A stretch of DNA of 47,950 bases, from positions 1 to 47,950 of the forward strand of contig JBGAOA010000034.1 in assembly GCA_044222065.1 (NCBI GenBank), in the 5' to 3' direction. The notes beneath the pieces were generated by a model that saw nothing but the letters and a program-made list of their open reading frames with translations, made no database searches and was not told where the DNA came from. Shown in pieces: positions 1 through 16,278 of this stretch. The position numbers and the translations under genes were made by a program. This DNA is from Candidatus Eiseniibacteriota bacterium. GTDB taxonomy: Bacteria > Eisenbacteria > RBG-16-71-46. The number at the start of each line of letters is the position of its first letter. Within the stretch, counting starts at the first letter, position 1.

Positions 1-2
1 AG

Positions 3-3000
3 GCCTCGGGCATCACGAAGTACAAGGCGCGGAAGAAGGAGGCGCTCAACAAGCTCGACGCCACCGAGACCGACCTCACGCGCCTCAACGACATCGTGTT
101 CGAAATCGAGCGCGAGCTGCGCTCGCTGGCGCGTCAGGTGGGCAAGGCGCGGCGCTTCCAGCGCCTGCGCGACGAGATCCGCGACCTCGATCTGCGCCTC
201 ACCGCGGGGCAGGTGCAGTCGCTGCTCGCGCGCGAGACCGAGGCCAGGGACCAGTGGCAGGAGGAGGCGGTGCGGCGCGAGGGCGTCACCGCGAACCTCG
301 GCCAGATCGAGGCGCGGCTGAACGACATGAAGCTGGCGCTGCTCGAGGTCGAGCGCGAGCTGTCCACCGCGCAGGGGGGCCTGCGGGACCGGGAGGAGGC
401 GCGCACCGAGGCCGAGCACCAGGTGGTGCTGCTGCGCGAGCGCGCGGCCGGGCTCACGCGCCGCGCCGACGAGGCGGCGGCCGAGGCCGCGCGCATGCGC
501 GAGCGCCTCGCCGAGGTGACGGCCCGCGAGCAGGAGGCCGACGCGAAGCGCGCCGAGGTCGCGCGCGAGCGCGAGACCGCGCAGTCCACCGCCGAGTCGC
601 AGGAACGCGCGCTGCAGGCGGTCGAGTCCGAGCTGCGCGGCCGCCGCGACGTGGCGTCCGACCACAAGCAGCTCTCGCTCGACCTGTTCTCGGCCGAGGC
701 CGAGAAGCGCGGGGCGTGCGAGCGCATCCGCGAGCGCCAGCTCGCGCTCACCGAGCGGCGGGATGCGGCGTCGCGGCGTCGCGACGAACTCGCGGCGCGG
801 CTCTCCGAACTCGCGGCGGCGTTCGAGTCGGGCGGCGGACGCCGCGCCGGGCTCGAACTCGAACTCGACGAAGCGCGGCGCGCGCTCGCCGAGGTGGAAG
901 CCGACATCGAGTCGCTCACGGCGGCGGCGCGCGACGCGGCCGCGAGCGTGGCGGTGCTGCGCCAGGAGTCGGCCGCGACCGAGTCCCGGCTGCACACGCT
1001 GCTCGACCTCAAGCGCAACTTCGACGGCGTCTCGGAGGGCGTGCGCGCGCTGCTGCAGGAAGGCGCGGCGCTGCCCGGCGTCGTCGGGCTCGTCTCGGAC
1101 GTGATCGAAGTGCCGGCGCGCTACCTCGACGCGCTCGAAGCCTCGCTCGGCGAGGCGGCCGCGTTCGTGCTGGTCGAGCGGCGCGACGCGCTCGCGCCCG
1201 CGCTCGATCGGCTGCGCGGGCTCGAGAGCGGCCGCGCGACGCTCGTGGACCTGTCGGCGATCGACACCGGCGCGGCGCCCGCGGTTCCCGAGGCCGCCGG
1301 CGTGCTCGGCCGCGCCTCGGAACTCGTGCGCTGCGAAGCGCGCTTCCGTCCGCTCGTGGACCGGCTGCTCGGTTCGGTCGTCGTGGTCGAGACGCGCGAG
1401 GCGGCCGCGTCGCTCGCCGTGCACTCCGAGGGCGGGCTGCGCTTCGTGAGCCTCGATGGCGAAGTGTGGGAGCGCGGCCGCGTGCGCGCGGGCTCGGCGC
1501 GAAGCCTCACCGGCCTGCTGCACCGCGAGACGCAGATCCGCGAACTCACGGGCGCGCTCGCCGAACAGGCGCTCGGGATCGAGGCGGGCGCGCGCGCGCA
1601 GCAGTCGATCGAGTCGCGCCGCGAAGCGCGCCTCGCCGACCGCATCGCGGCGCAGGGCGAGGTGGACGCGCGGCGCGGGGCGCTCGAGGCGCTCGGCCGC
1701 GAACTCGAGGCGCTCGAGCGCGACCGCCAGTGGGCCGAGACCGAGTCGGGCGAGCGCGCGAACGAGATGGCGACGTTCGAGGCCGAACTCGAGACGCTCG
1801 GGCGCTCGCTGCTGCAGGCCGAGCAGGACCTCGGCGACTTCCAGCGCCAGCTCGACCAGGCCCGCGTGCAGCTCGCCGACCTGGACGGCGCCGTGCGTTC
1901 GCTCGAGTCGCGCCGCGACGAGTCGCTCGCCACGGCCCAGCAGGCGCGCGAAGCGCTGCTGCGGCTCTCGCGCGAAGAGGGCGAGTGGCAGACGGCGTGG
2001 GCGCGCGCGGAGCAGACGCGCCGCGAACTCGAGTCCGGGATCGCAGCGCGCGTCGAGGAAGAGCGCCAGTCGCGCTCCCAGGTCGGCGAGCTCGAGGCGC
2101 AGGTCGCGGGGCTCGAGTCGGGGCTCACGGGCCTGCTCGAATCCGAGAGCTCGCAGCGCGACCGCGTCGTGGAGCTGCAGAAGCGCTACCAGGCGCTCAA
2201 GGAAGAGGTGCAGGTCGCCGAGGACGAGGCGCGCCAGCGACGCTTCGAGCAGACCGAACTCGGCGAGCTGCTGCACCAGATCGAACTCGACCGCGTGCAG
2301 GCGCGCGCCGAACTCGACAAGACGTTCGAGCGGCTGCGCACCGAGTACGAGATGGATCCCGAGCGCTGGGAGCCCGCGCCGCCGCCCGAGGGCTTCGAGC
2401 CCGCGGCCGCGAAGGCGCGGCTCGACGAGTCGCGTGACCGCCTGCGCGGCATCGGCATGGTGAACCTGCTCGCGCTCGAGGAGTACGGCAAGAAGAAGGA
2501 GCGCTACGAGTTCCTCACGCAGCAGCGCGAGGACCTGCTCAAGGCGAAGGCGCAGCTCATCGAGGCGATCGAGAAGATCAACGTCACCGCGACGCAGCTC
2601 TTCACCGAGACGTTCGAAAAGGTGCAGGACCACTTCCGCGACCTGTTCAAGACGCTGTTCGAAGGGGGCGACGCGGAGCTGCGCATGATCGGCGAAGATC
2701 CGCTCGAGGCCGAGATCGAGATCGCCGCGAAGCCGCGCGGCAAGCACCTGCAGAGCATCAGCCTGATGTCGGGCGGCGAGCGGGCGCTCACGGCGATCGC
2801 GCTGCTGTTCGCGATCTACCTCGTGAAGCCGTCGCCCTTCTGCCTGCTCGACGAGGTGGACGCGCCGCTCGACGACGCGAACGTGGACCGCTTCCTGCGG
2901 ATGCTCGAGCGCTTCAGTGATCGCACGCAGTTCGTGGTCATCACGCACAACAAGAAGACCATGGAAGCGGCGCGCTGCCTGTACGGCGTCACGATGCAGG

Positions 3001-3083
3001 AGCTCGGCGTCTCGAAGCTCGTCTCGGTGAAGTTCGACTCGATCCGCTCCGAGAACCGCGAGCTGGCCGAAGCGAACGCCTGA
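3..3083 (+). CDS. smc: Chromosome segregation protein SMC (5' end lies outside the window)
   Basis: Frame is open from position 3 (ASGITKYKARKK...). Long coiled coils flank a hinge (GVVGLVSDVIEV...FVSLDGE). C-terminal ABC signature MSGGERALTA, Walker B/D-loop FCLLDEVDAPLD and VITHNK. Confidence 0.97.
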   Translation, partial: ASGITKYKARKKEALNKLDATETDLTRLNDIVFEIERELRSLARQVGKARRFQRLRDEIRDLDLRLTAGQVQSLLARETEARDQWQEEAVRREGVTANLGQIEARLNDMKLALLEVERELSTAQGGLRDREEARTEAEHQVVLLRERAAGLTRRADEAAAEAARMRERLAEVTAREQEADAKRAEVARERETAQSTAESQERALQAVESELRGRRDVASDHKQLSLDLFSAEAEKRGACERIRERQLALTERRDAASRRRDELAARLSELAAAFESGGGRRAGLELELDEARRALAEVEADIESLTAAARDAAASVAVLRQESAATESRLHTLLDLKRNFDGVSEGVRALLQEGAALPGVVGLVSDVIEVPARYLDALEASLGEAAAFVLVERRDALAPALDRLRGLESGRATLVDLSAIDTGAAPAVPEAAGVLGRASELVRCEARFRPLVDRLLGSVVVVETREAAASLAVHSEGGLRFVSLDGEVWERGRVRAGSARSLTGLLHRETQIRELTGALAEQALGIEAGARAQQSIESRREARLADRIAAQGEVDARRGALEALGRELEALERDRQWAETESGERANEMATFEAELETLGRSLLQAEQDLGDFQRQLDQARVQLADLDGAVRSLESRRDESLATAQQAREALLRLSREEGEWQTAWARAEQTRRELESGIAARVEEERQSRSQVGELEAQVAGLESGLTGLLESESSQRDRVVELQKRYQALKEEVQVAEDEARQRRFEQTELGELLHQIELDRVQARAELDKTFERLRTEYEMDPERWEPAPPPEGFEPAAAKARLDESRDRLRGIGMVNLLALEEYGKKKERYEFLTQQREDLLKAKAQLIEAIEKINVTATQLFTETFEKVQDHFRDLFKTLFEGGDAELRMIGEDPLEAEIEIAAKPRGKHLQSISLMSGGERALTAIALLFAIYLVKPSPFCLLDEVDAPLDDANVDRFLRMLERFSDRTQFVVITHNKKTMEAARCLYGVTMQELGVSKLVSVKFDSIRSENRELAEANA

Positions 3084-3145
3084 CGGACGACGCGTCCGGC
3101 GTTCCCGCGCGCCCGTCGCGCGCGGGAACGCGACGCGAGCCGCGC

Positions 3146-4048
3146 ATGAACCTCTGGAACCGCTTCCGCGACAGCCTGAGCCGCACGCGCACCCGCCTGA
3201 CCGAATCGATCGGCGCGCTGCTCACGCGTTCGGGCCCCGTCGATGCGGCCGCGCGCGCCGACCTCGAGGACGCGCTGCTCGCCGCGGACGTCGGGCCGGC
3301 CACGACCGAGGCGCTGCTCGAGTCGGCCGAGCGGCGGCTCCGCGCCGAGCCTGAGCTCGACCTGCGCGGCGCGCTCGAGCGCGCGGCCGCTGAACTCGTC
3401 GGCCGCCGGCGCGCGGCCTTCGAACCCGCCGGTGAGACGCCGTGGGTCGCGCTCGTCATCGGCGTGAACGGCGCGGGCAAGACGACGCTCGCGGGCAAGC
3501 TCGCGGCGCGCTTCGCGCGCGATGGGCGCTCCACGCTGCTCGTCGCCGCCGACACGTTCAGGGCCGCGGCGGGGGACCAGCTCGAGGTGTGGGCGGGCCG
3601 CGCCGGAGCCGAGATCGTGCGCGCGAAGGACGGCGCCGATCCCGCGGCGGTGACGCACGACGGCCTCGCCGCCGCGCGCGCGCGCGGCACCGAGGTCGTG
3701 CTCGTGGACACGGCGGGGCGGCTGCACACGCGCCACAACCTCATGGCCGAGCTCGAGAAGGTCGCGCGCGTGTGCGGCCGCGTCGTGCCCGGGGCGCCGC
3801 ACCACGTGCTGCTCGTGCTCGACGGCACGCTCGGCCAGAACGGCGTCCAGCAGGCGCGCGAGTTCGGCAAGCTGCTGCCGCTGACGAGCCTCGCGGTGAA
3901 CAAGCTCGACGGCACGGCGCGCGGCGGCGCGGTGCTCGCGATCGCGCGCGAGCTCGAACTGCCGATCAGCCTCGTCGGACTCGGCGAGGGCGTGGACGAC
4001 TGGGCGCCCTTCGACCCCGAGGCGTTCGCGCGCGGACTCTTCGAGTAG
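3146..4048 (+). CDS. ftsY: Signal recognition particle receptor FtsY (short NG-domain form)
   Basis: GVNGAGKTT, DTFRAAA, DTAGR, NKLDGTARGG and GLGE motifs; common smc-ftsY gene order. Confidence 0.96.
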   Translation: MNLWNRFRDSLSRTRTRLTESIGALLTRSGPVDAAARADLEDALLAADVGPATTEALLESAERRLRAEPELDLRGALERAAAELVGRRRAAFEPAGETPWVALVIGVNGAGKTTLAGKLAARFARDGRSTLLVAADTFRAAAGDQLEVWAGRAGAEIVRAKDGADPAAVTHDGLAAARARGTEVVLVDTAGRLHTRHNLMAELEKVARVCGRVVPGAPHHVLLVLDGTLGQNGVQQAREFGKLLPLTSLAVNKLDGTARGGAVLAIARELELPISLVGLGEGVDDWAPFDPEAFARGLFE

Positions 4049-4054
4049 CGCCGG

Positions 4055-4942
4055 TCAGCGCCGCTTCGGCGCCGGGTGGGATGGCGCGGAGGCTGCGGCG
4101 CCCGCCGTGCGAATCGGCGTCTGGTACTTGAGCGGCGTGAGACGGGGCGCGAGCTTCTCGCCGTAGTCGATGAGGCGGGAGACGCCCGACGACCGTTCGC
4201 GCAGGTTCAAGGGCGTCCCTTCCTGCGAGCGCCCGATCTGCCACGTCTGCCGCAGGAACAGCCGCTCGATGTCCTCGCGCACGATGTGCGTGATCGGCAC
4301 GCGGCTCGAGTAGTACACGGTGCGGTTCTCGCGATTCTCGGTGTACTCGGTCGAGTCGCCCAGGTCCTGCGTCGCGCCGATGCCCTGGCGATAGAGCGTG
4401 CGCTCGCACTCGTAGTGCCCCTTCGGCACGTCCGCGGTGTCGGGCAGCAGCTTCTCGGAGCTGTAGCGGACGTTCTCGCCGAGCGTCGCGCGCACGCGCA
4501 ACGAGGCGCCGGGACGCTTGATCAGCTCCTCGCTCGACTCGCCGCGCTCGTTCACGCCCGCGATGGACTTGCGCATGTAGTACTGCATGCGCGCGATCGG
4601 CAGGCTGTCCTGGAACACCGCGTACGACATCAGCGTCGAGATCGCCTTCGGCGGACCGACGCGCGGCTCGGTCCAGGTCTCGACCCAGAAGCAGTCCTCG
4701 CCCCAGAAGCGCTGTTCGCCGGCGATCAGGATGGTCACGACGTAGTCATCGCTGAGTCCCGCGGTGCTGGCGGCCGTCACGTGGTAGCGCGCCCACGAAC
4801 CAATGCGGAAGTCGGGCGGCTTCGAATAGTCCACGAGCCCCACGGCGTTGATGACCTGATCCGCGGCGGTGTGGGCGTCGCGCGCGAGCACGCACAGCGC
4901 GCCCCCGACGACGACGGCGAGCAGCAGGACGGCACGACGCAT
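4055..4942 (-). CDS. Exported hypothetical protein
   Basis: ATG at 4942 opens a signal peptide (MRRAVLLLAVVVGGALCVLARDAHTA). Mature region has ordinary globular composition; no family recognised. Confidence 0.75.
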   Translation of the reverse strand: MRRAVLLLAVVVGGALCVLARDAHTAADQVINAVGLVDYSKPPDFRIGSWARYHVTAASTAGLSDDYVVTILIAGEQRFWGEDCFWVETWTEPRVGPPKAISTLMSYAVFQDSLPIARMQYYMRKSIAGVNERGESSEELIKRPGASLRVRATLGENVRYSSEKLLPDTADVPKGHYECERTLYRQGIGATQDLGDSTEYTENRENRTVYYSSRVPITHIVREDIERLFLRQTWQIGRSQEGTPLNLRERSSGVSRLIDYGEKLAPRLTPLKYQTPIRTAGAAASAPSHPAPKRR

Positions 4943-5023
4943 GCAGCGATCTCCGGGCGGATGGCGTTCTCGAGGTCGGTCGGCCACGAACGAGGTCGGG
5001 GATTATCGCCGAGGAGCGTGCGG

Positions 5024-5785
5024 GTGCAAAACGGGGAAGCGGCGGTGCGAAGGCCGGGGCCGGACGACCCCGAAGGCTCGGGGCCCGGCCCCGGGGCGGG
5101 TCCGCCGGCGCCCGGTGACGCCGGCGCGGCGGCCGTGAGCCGGCGTGCGCGCGGGCCGCGCGAGAAGCTGCGCGAGGTCGGCATCGCGGGGCTCGCGGAC
5201 GGCGAACTGCTCGCGCTCCTCGTGGGCTCGGGGAGCGTGCGGCGCAGCGCGCACCGGATCGGGCGCTCGCTCGCTCGGCACGCGCCCTCGGAGCTCGCGC
5301 GCTGGCCGCCGTCGCGCTGGGGACTCGAGCCCGGCATCGGACCCGCGCGCGCCGCGGCGCTCGCCGCCGCGTTCGAACTCGGGCGGCGCGCTTCGGAGTC
5401 TCCGCCTCCCGGGCTCCCGATCCGCGGCCCGGACGACGTCACGCTGCACGTTCGCGACCTCGTGCGCGCCCGGCGCGAGCACTTCGTCGTGCTGCTGCTC
5501 AACGCGCGCCACGAATTGCAGCGCCGCGAGACGATCTCGATCGGCAGCCTGAACGCCTCGATCGTCCATCCGCGCGAGGTGTTCCTGCCCGCGATCCTGC
5601 ACTCGGCCGCTTCGGTGATCCTCGTGCACAACCACCCGAGCGGGGACCCCGAACCGAGCGAGGAGGACCTGCAGATCACGCGCCGGCTGCACGAGGTCGG
5701 CGACCTCGTCGGCATTCGCGTGCTCGACCACGTGATCGTGGGCGAGCGCGGCACCGTGAGCTTCCGCTCGCGGCAGCTGCTCTAG
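5024..5785 (+). CDS. radC: RadC/JAB-domain (UPF0758) protein
   Basis: PREKL...LADGELLALL, HhH GIGPARA, EHFVVLLLN, VHPREVF, HNHPSGDPEPSEED and LDHVIVG. Start is GTG 5024 (GAGGAG at 5011-5016) or GTG 5135. Confidence 0.92.
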   Translation: MQNGEAAVRRPGPDDPEGSGPGPGAGPPAPGDAGAAAVSRRARGPREKLREVGIAGLADGELLALLVGSGSVRRSAHRIGRSLARHAPSELARWPPSRWGLEPGIGPARAAALAAAFELGRRASESPPPGLPIRGPDDVTLHVRDLVRARREHFVVLLLNARHELQRRETISIGSLNASIVHPREVFLPAILHSAASVILVHNHPSGDPEPSEEDLQITRRLHEVGDLVGIRVLDHVIVGERGTVSFRSRQLL

Positions 5786-5909
5786 GCTCCGCGCGGACCC
5801 GGAGCCGGGCGGTCCGCGAAGACCGCACCCGCGAGCTTCCTGCGCGGCCCCGCGTTCAGGCACCGCGGAGCCCCGCGTCTCGATCGGGACGTGACGGCGG
5901 TCCCTCGAC

Positions 5910-8321
5910 TCACGGACGAATGACGATCCGGCGCGAGCGAGTGACGCCCGCCGCCCGGAGGTGGAGCCAGTAGTGCCCCGGCGCGAGTCCTTCGCGCGCG
6001 AACGACACGGCGTGCTCGCCCGCCGGATAGACGCGTCCCGAGACGAGCGACCGGACGCGTCGTCCGGCGAGATCGAGCAGTCCGAGGCTCACGCCCTGCG
6101 CGGACGGCAACGAGAAGCGGACGACCGCCTGATCGCGAACCGGCATCGGATGGACCGCGGCGAGCGCGAACCCCTCGAGCGCGGGACCCGGTTCGGTCAC
6201 GCTCGCGACCACGCGCGAGTCCGCCAGCTCGACCAGGTTGTCGCGCGCGACGCCTCCGACCGAGGTGAACGAGCCGCCCGCGTAGAGTCGCCCGATCGCG
6301 GGCGCGAGGCACGACACGTCGCCGGTCGGGATCGAGGCGTCCCAGAGTTCGCTGAGCGCGTTCGAACTGTTGAGCATCGCGATCCGTCCGCGGTTCGCAC
6401 CTCCGATCGCCGAGAACGCTCCGCCCGCGTAGATCGTGCCCGCGTTCGCGACGAGCACGAACACCGCGCCGTTCGGATCCGGAATCCAGCCGGTGACGGC
6501 TCCCGTGACGGGATCGAGACCCGCGAGGAACCGGCGCGAGACCCCGCCGACGGTGGCGAAGCTGCCGCCCGCCTGGATGAAGCCGCCCTCGGCGGACAGC
6601 GCCTCGACCGCAGCGCTCGCGTCCGGATTCCACCCCGTCAGCGCGCCCGTGATGGCGTCGAACGCGGCGAGGCGGTTGCGTGTCGCGGCGCCGGCGAGCG
6701 TGAACGTACCTCCCGCGTACACGACGCCGTTCGCGTGCACGAGCGCGTTCACGTTTCCGTTCGAGATCGCGGGGTTCCACGACCGCAGCCCGCCGGTCGC
6801 GAGTTCGAAGCCCGCGAGCCGCGCGCGCGTCTGGCCCGCGATCGAGCCGAACGCCCCGCCGACCCACAGCGTGGAGTCATCGTGGGCGATCACGCTCACC
6901 GTGCCATTCGGGTTCGGGCTCCAGCTCGTGACGGTTCCCGAGGCGTCGAACGCCGCGAGACGCTGGCGCGCGATTCCGCCGTTCACCGTGAGGAAGTTGC
7001 CGCCGGCGTAGACGAGCCCGTTGAGCTTGCGCAGGGACTGCACGCCGCCCGGGCAATCGGGATTCCAGTCGAGCGCGCGGCCCGTCGTGAGATCGAGCGC
7101 CGCGAGGCCGCGACGGGCGACGCCGTTGATGCTCGCGAACGAGCCGCCGACGAAGACGTTCGCTCCGTCCGGAAGGATCGCCTTGACGGCGCCGCCGGGC
7201 AGCGGATTCCAGGGCGTCGGAGCGCCGCTCACCCGATCGATCGCGGCGAGCCCCGGACGATCGGCGCCGCCCACGGTGGAGAACGCGCCGCCCGCGAGCA
7301 GCGTGCCGTTCCGGAGCGCGAGCGTCGCGGGGCCGGCGTCGATATCGGGAATCCACGGCTGCACCGCGGCGGTCGTCGTGCCGACGGCCGCGAGGAAGCG
7401 CCGGGAGTTCCCGCCGAGCAGCGTGAAGACCCCGGCGACGTAGAGGCTGCTGTCCGTCACGGCCAGGGCGTTGACGGCGTTGTTCGCGTTCGCATCCCAC
7501 GGCAGCAGGGCGCCGTCGGCGAGCGAGGCCGCGGCCAGGCGATTGCGCGAGGAGCCTGAGACGCTCGTGAACGAGCCGCCGAAGAACACGGTCTCTCCGA
7601 GCAGCGCGATCGCGTTCACGCTGCCGTCGGCCGAGGGCGCGAACGCGGTGGGCAGGCCGCTTCCGAGCCCGACCCCGGCGATGAAATTCCGAGTCAGCCC
7701 GCCCATCGTCGTGAAGAAGCCGCCCACGATCAGCGTGGTGTCGGCGAGCGCCATCGCGTTCACGGTGCCGCCCGAGTTCGGGTTCCACAGCGTCACGGAG
7801 CCGGTCGTCGCCATGCAGGCGGCGAGTCGCGAGCGGGATTGTCCGCCGACCTGCGAGAACTGACCGCCGACGTAGACGACGCCGTTCGAGACGAGCAGCG
7901 AGAACACGACGTTGTTGGCCTCCGGATTCCATCCCGAAACCGTGAGGTCCGAACGAATGTGCGCGAGGTTGAGGCGCTGGTGACCGCCGACCGAGTCGAA
8001 CGAGCCGCCGATGAACCAACCCCCCGATCCGTCCGAGGCGACCGCGTTCACGGTGCCGTGGACGTCGGGCGCGCCGAGCAGCCGCTGTCCCGTCGTCGCA
8101 TCGAGCGGCACGCCGCCCCCGGTGCGCGGTCCGACGTGGGTGAAGAGTCCGCCGATGTACAGCGTGTCGGCGGCCCGGTCCATCGCGTCCACCCGGCCGT
8201 TGGCGACCCACAGCGCGGGGTTCACGGGCTGCGCGTGTGCGACGCGAGGGGGGATGGCGGCGAGCCCCAGCGCGATGACGATCACTCGCCCCGCGCAGAC
8301 AAGTTGAAAGCGGAAATTCAT
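5910..8321 (-). CDS. Secreted beta-propeller repeat protein with C-terminal FlgD/T9SS-like tail
   Basis: GGAGG then ATG 8321, signal peptide ending AHA-QP. 14 repeats of about 50 aa (LYxGGxFxxxGGxxRxxLAAxDxxTG...WNP). C-terminal HPMP...FSLP...DLAGRRVR tail. Confidence 0.88.
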   Translation of the reverse strand: MNFRFQLVCAGRVIVIALGLAAIPPRVAHAQPVNPALWVANGRVDAMDRAADTLYIGGLFTHVGPRTGGGVPLDATTGQRLLGAPDVHGTVNAVASDGSGGWFIGGSFDSVGGHQRLNLAHIRSDLTVSGWNPEANNVVFSLLVSNGVVYVGGQFSQVGGQSRSRLAACMATTGSVTLWNPNSGGTVNAMALADTTLIVGGFFTTMGGLTRNFIAGVGLGSGLPTAFAPSADGSVNAIALLGETVFFGGSFTSVSGSSRNRLAAASLADGALLPWDANANNAVNALAVTDSSLYVAGVFTLLGGNSRRFLAAVGTTTAAVQPWIPDIDAGPATLALRNGTLLAGGAFSTVGGADRPGLAAIDRVSGAPTPWNPLPGGAVKAILPDGANVFVGGSFASINGVARRGLAALDLTTGRALDWNPDCPGGVQSLRKLNGLVYAGGNFLTVNGGIARQRLAAFDASGTVTSWSPNPNGTVSVIAHDDSTLWVGGAFGSIAGQTRARLAGFELATGGLRSWNPAISNGNVNALVHANGVVYAGGTFTLAGAATRNRLAAFDAITGALTGWNPDASAAVEALSAEGGFIQAGGSFATVGGVSRRFLAGLDPVTGAVTGWIPDPNGAVFVLVANAGTIYAGGAFSAIGGANRGRIAMLNSSNALSELWDASIPTGDVSCLAPAIGRLYAGGSFTSVGGVARDNLVELADSRVVASVTEPGPALEGFALAAVHPMPVRDQAVVRFSLPSAQGVSLGLLDLAGRRVRSLVSGRVYPAGEHAVSFAREGLAPGHYWLHLRAAGVTRSRRIVIRP

Positions 8322-8516
8322 GTCGAAATACCTCCGGACGAAGGGCCGCCCCAGGCGGAAGGGTGCAAGCGCCTGCGCGGACGCGGGCCGGCCTGCGGTC
8401 GAGCAGCCCGACGCCGGGCCACTCCGAAGCTGGCGTCGAAGCGGACCGTGAGCGGACATGGCGATCCGCGCTCCGGACTTCGCGCGGCGCGCCGATGCGC
8501 TAGCTTCAGCGCGCCC

Positions 8517-8939
8517 ATGGAGCGCTTCCGGACGTTCGATCACACCGGCGACCTCGGGCTCGAGGTCCACGCGCCGGACTGGAGCCGACTCTTCGAGCTC
8601 GCGGCGATCGCCGTGCTCGCGCAGGTCGCCGAGGTCCCGCCGGGCTCCGCGATCGAGGAGCGTCACGCGCGCGTCGAACTCGAGGGAACCGACCTCGAGG
8701 ACGTGTTCGTGGCCTGGCTCAACGCGGCGCTGCTCGAGTCCGAGCTCGCGGGCGCGATCTGGACGCGGGCCAGGATCGAAGCGCTGAGCGATCGCGGCGT
8801 CCGGGGCGACCTGTGGGGGCCGGCTCGCGATGCGAGGAGGCAGACGTTCCTGCGAGAGGTGAAGGCCGTGAGCCACCACGCGCTCGAAGTCGAGCGACTT
8901 CCGGACGGCGTCCGCGCACGCGTCGTTCTCGACCTCTAG
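8517..8939 (+). CDS. Archease
   Basis: N-terminal FDHTGDLGLEV and C-terminal EVKAVSHH...RVVLDL archease signatures; 140 aa. Confidence 0.92.
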   Translation: MERFRTFDHTGDLGLEVHAPDWSRLFELAAIAVLAQVAEVPPGSAIEERHARVELEGTDLEDVFVAWLNAALLESELAGAIWTRARIEALSDRGVRGDLWGPARDARRQTFLREVKAVSHHALEVERLPDGVRARVVLDL

Positions 8940-9034
8940 CCCGTTCTCATCGCCGGCTCGGAGCGGGGCCGGGTTTGTTCCCCGCGAACCACGTTCGGCG
9001 CCTGCAATCGGGTGCAACTTCGCTTGATAAGTCC

Positions 9035-9063
9035 TTGACCCACGACATTGCGGCGACTATTGC
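9035..9063 (+). promoter_or_regulatory. Possible sigma70-type promoter for the S8 protease gene
   Basis: TTGACC (9035-9040), 17-nt spacer, TATTGC (9058-9063) in an AT-richer intergenic stretch. The -10 match is weak. Confidence 0.3.
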
Positions 9064-9247
9064 TTCGGCCTGGCCGTGATCATTCCGCCGAATTCCACCC
9101 CCCGCACAGGAGACCCGCTCCGACCGTCCATCGAACGCCCACCGCAACGAGAACTTCGTCCTAGAGGACCCCCTGCACGGAATCGGTTTCGATCTTCAGG
9201 TCCGCCGTTCGTCACCGTTTCTTCCCCTTCCTCGAGGAGTTCCCCCC

Positions 9248-15322
<6,075 letters not shown>

Positions 15323-15338
15323 CCGGCGGGCCCGTGGA

Positions 15339-15382
15339 AACGACCGGCGGCCGCTCCCTTCTTAGGGGCGGCCGCCGTCGTT
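15339..15382. terminator. GC-rich hairpin between convergent genes (possible bidirectional terminator)
   Basis: aacgac-c-ggcggccgc-t-ccc ttctta ggg-gcggccgcc-gtcgtt inverted repeat between the S8 stop and the anti-sigma stop. Confidence 0.55.
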
Positions 15383-15396
15383 CGCGGTGGTGGGGG

Positions 15397-16272
15397 TCAG
15401 CGAGCGGCGTCGAGTTCGCGCCGCACACGCATCGCGATCGCGGAGTCGCCGCCGCGCAGCGCACGCTCGAGCAGCGCCTGCGCCTCGGGCTCGCGGCCGC
15501 GCTGGCGCAGCACGAGCGCGAGGTCGAGCTGCACGGCGGGATCGCGCGGCGAGCGCTCGAGCGCGCGGCTCAGGAGCCGTTCGGCCGAGGCGAGCCGGCT
15601 GCGGCGGAACTCGACGTCGGCCGCGAGCACGAGCGTCGGCACGTGGTTCGGGTGCGCGGCGAGCAGCTCCTCGACGTAGGTCGCCGCGGCATCGAGCTCG
15701 CCGCCCGCGAGGAACGCGGCGAGGAGCCGCGCGCCCGCCTCGGCGTCGCGCTCTCCGCCCTCGTAAGCGGCCAGCGCACGACGCAACTCGGATTCGAGCT
15801 CCGGCGACTGGATGCCCTGACCCGAGCGCAATCCGCCCGGATCGCGCGCCGCCGCGCGCGCGCCGCCGGGCAGTACGAGCCCTTCGGCGGAACTGCGCTC
15901 GATCGCGCGCCTCACGGCGGGGGAGTGCTCGAGCGGGAGCGAGGGTTCGGGCAGGTTCGCGAGCACGGCCCACGCCCCGAGCGCCGCCGCGCCCGTCGCG
16001 GCGAACGCCATCGGCGCCCAGGAGCGCGTGCGACGCGAGCGCTGCGACGACCTCACCGCCACGCGTCCGGCGAGGTCCACGAGTTCGCCGTCGGGCTCGA
16101 ACGCCTCGGGACGCGAAAGCCACGCCGCGCGGTAGCGCACCGCATCGGCGTAGGCGGCCATACAGGTGCGGCACGTCGCGAGGTGGTCGCGCAACGGCCC
16201 GGCCTCGGCCTCCGAAAGCGCCCCCTCGGCGAGCGCAGCGAGCGCGTCGGTATTCACGTGCGTCCCGGTCAT
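15397..16272 (-). CDS. Zinc-finger (zf-HC2/ZAS) anti-sigma factor with TM helix and C-terminal TPRs
   Basis: HLATCRTC (HxxxCxxC), hydrophobic WAPMAFAATGAAALGAWAVLA segment, TPR-like helices (ALERSPRDPAVQLDLALVL). Lies 6 nt downstream of an ECF sigma gene. Confidence 0.88.
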   Translation of the reverse strand: MTGTHVNTDALAALAEGALSEAEAGPLRDHLATCRTCMAAYADAVRYRAAWLSRPEAFEPDGELVDLAGRVAVRSSQRSRRTRSWAPMAFAATGAAALGAWAVLANLPEPSLPLEHSPAVRRAIERSSAEGLVLPGGARAAARDPGGLRSGQGIQSPELESELRRALAAYEGGERDAEAGARLLAAFLAGGELDAAATYVEELLAAHPNHVPTLVLAADVEFRRSRLASAERLLSRALERSPRDPAVQLDLALVLRQRGREPEAQALLERALRGGDSAIAMRVRRELDAAR

Positions 16273-16278
16273 GAGCTC

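Noticed and set aside
4076..5023. Apparent long N-terminal extension of RadC
   Set aside because: It is the antisense of the 4055-4942 gene; RadC similarity starts near 5135.
5024..5785. radC as a marker of a mobile element
   Set aside because: It is the full-length chromosomal type beside smc/ftsY, with no integrase, transposase or att-like repeats seen.
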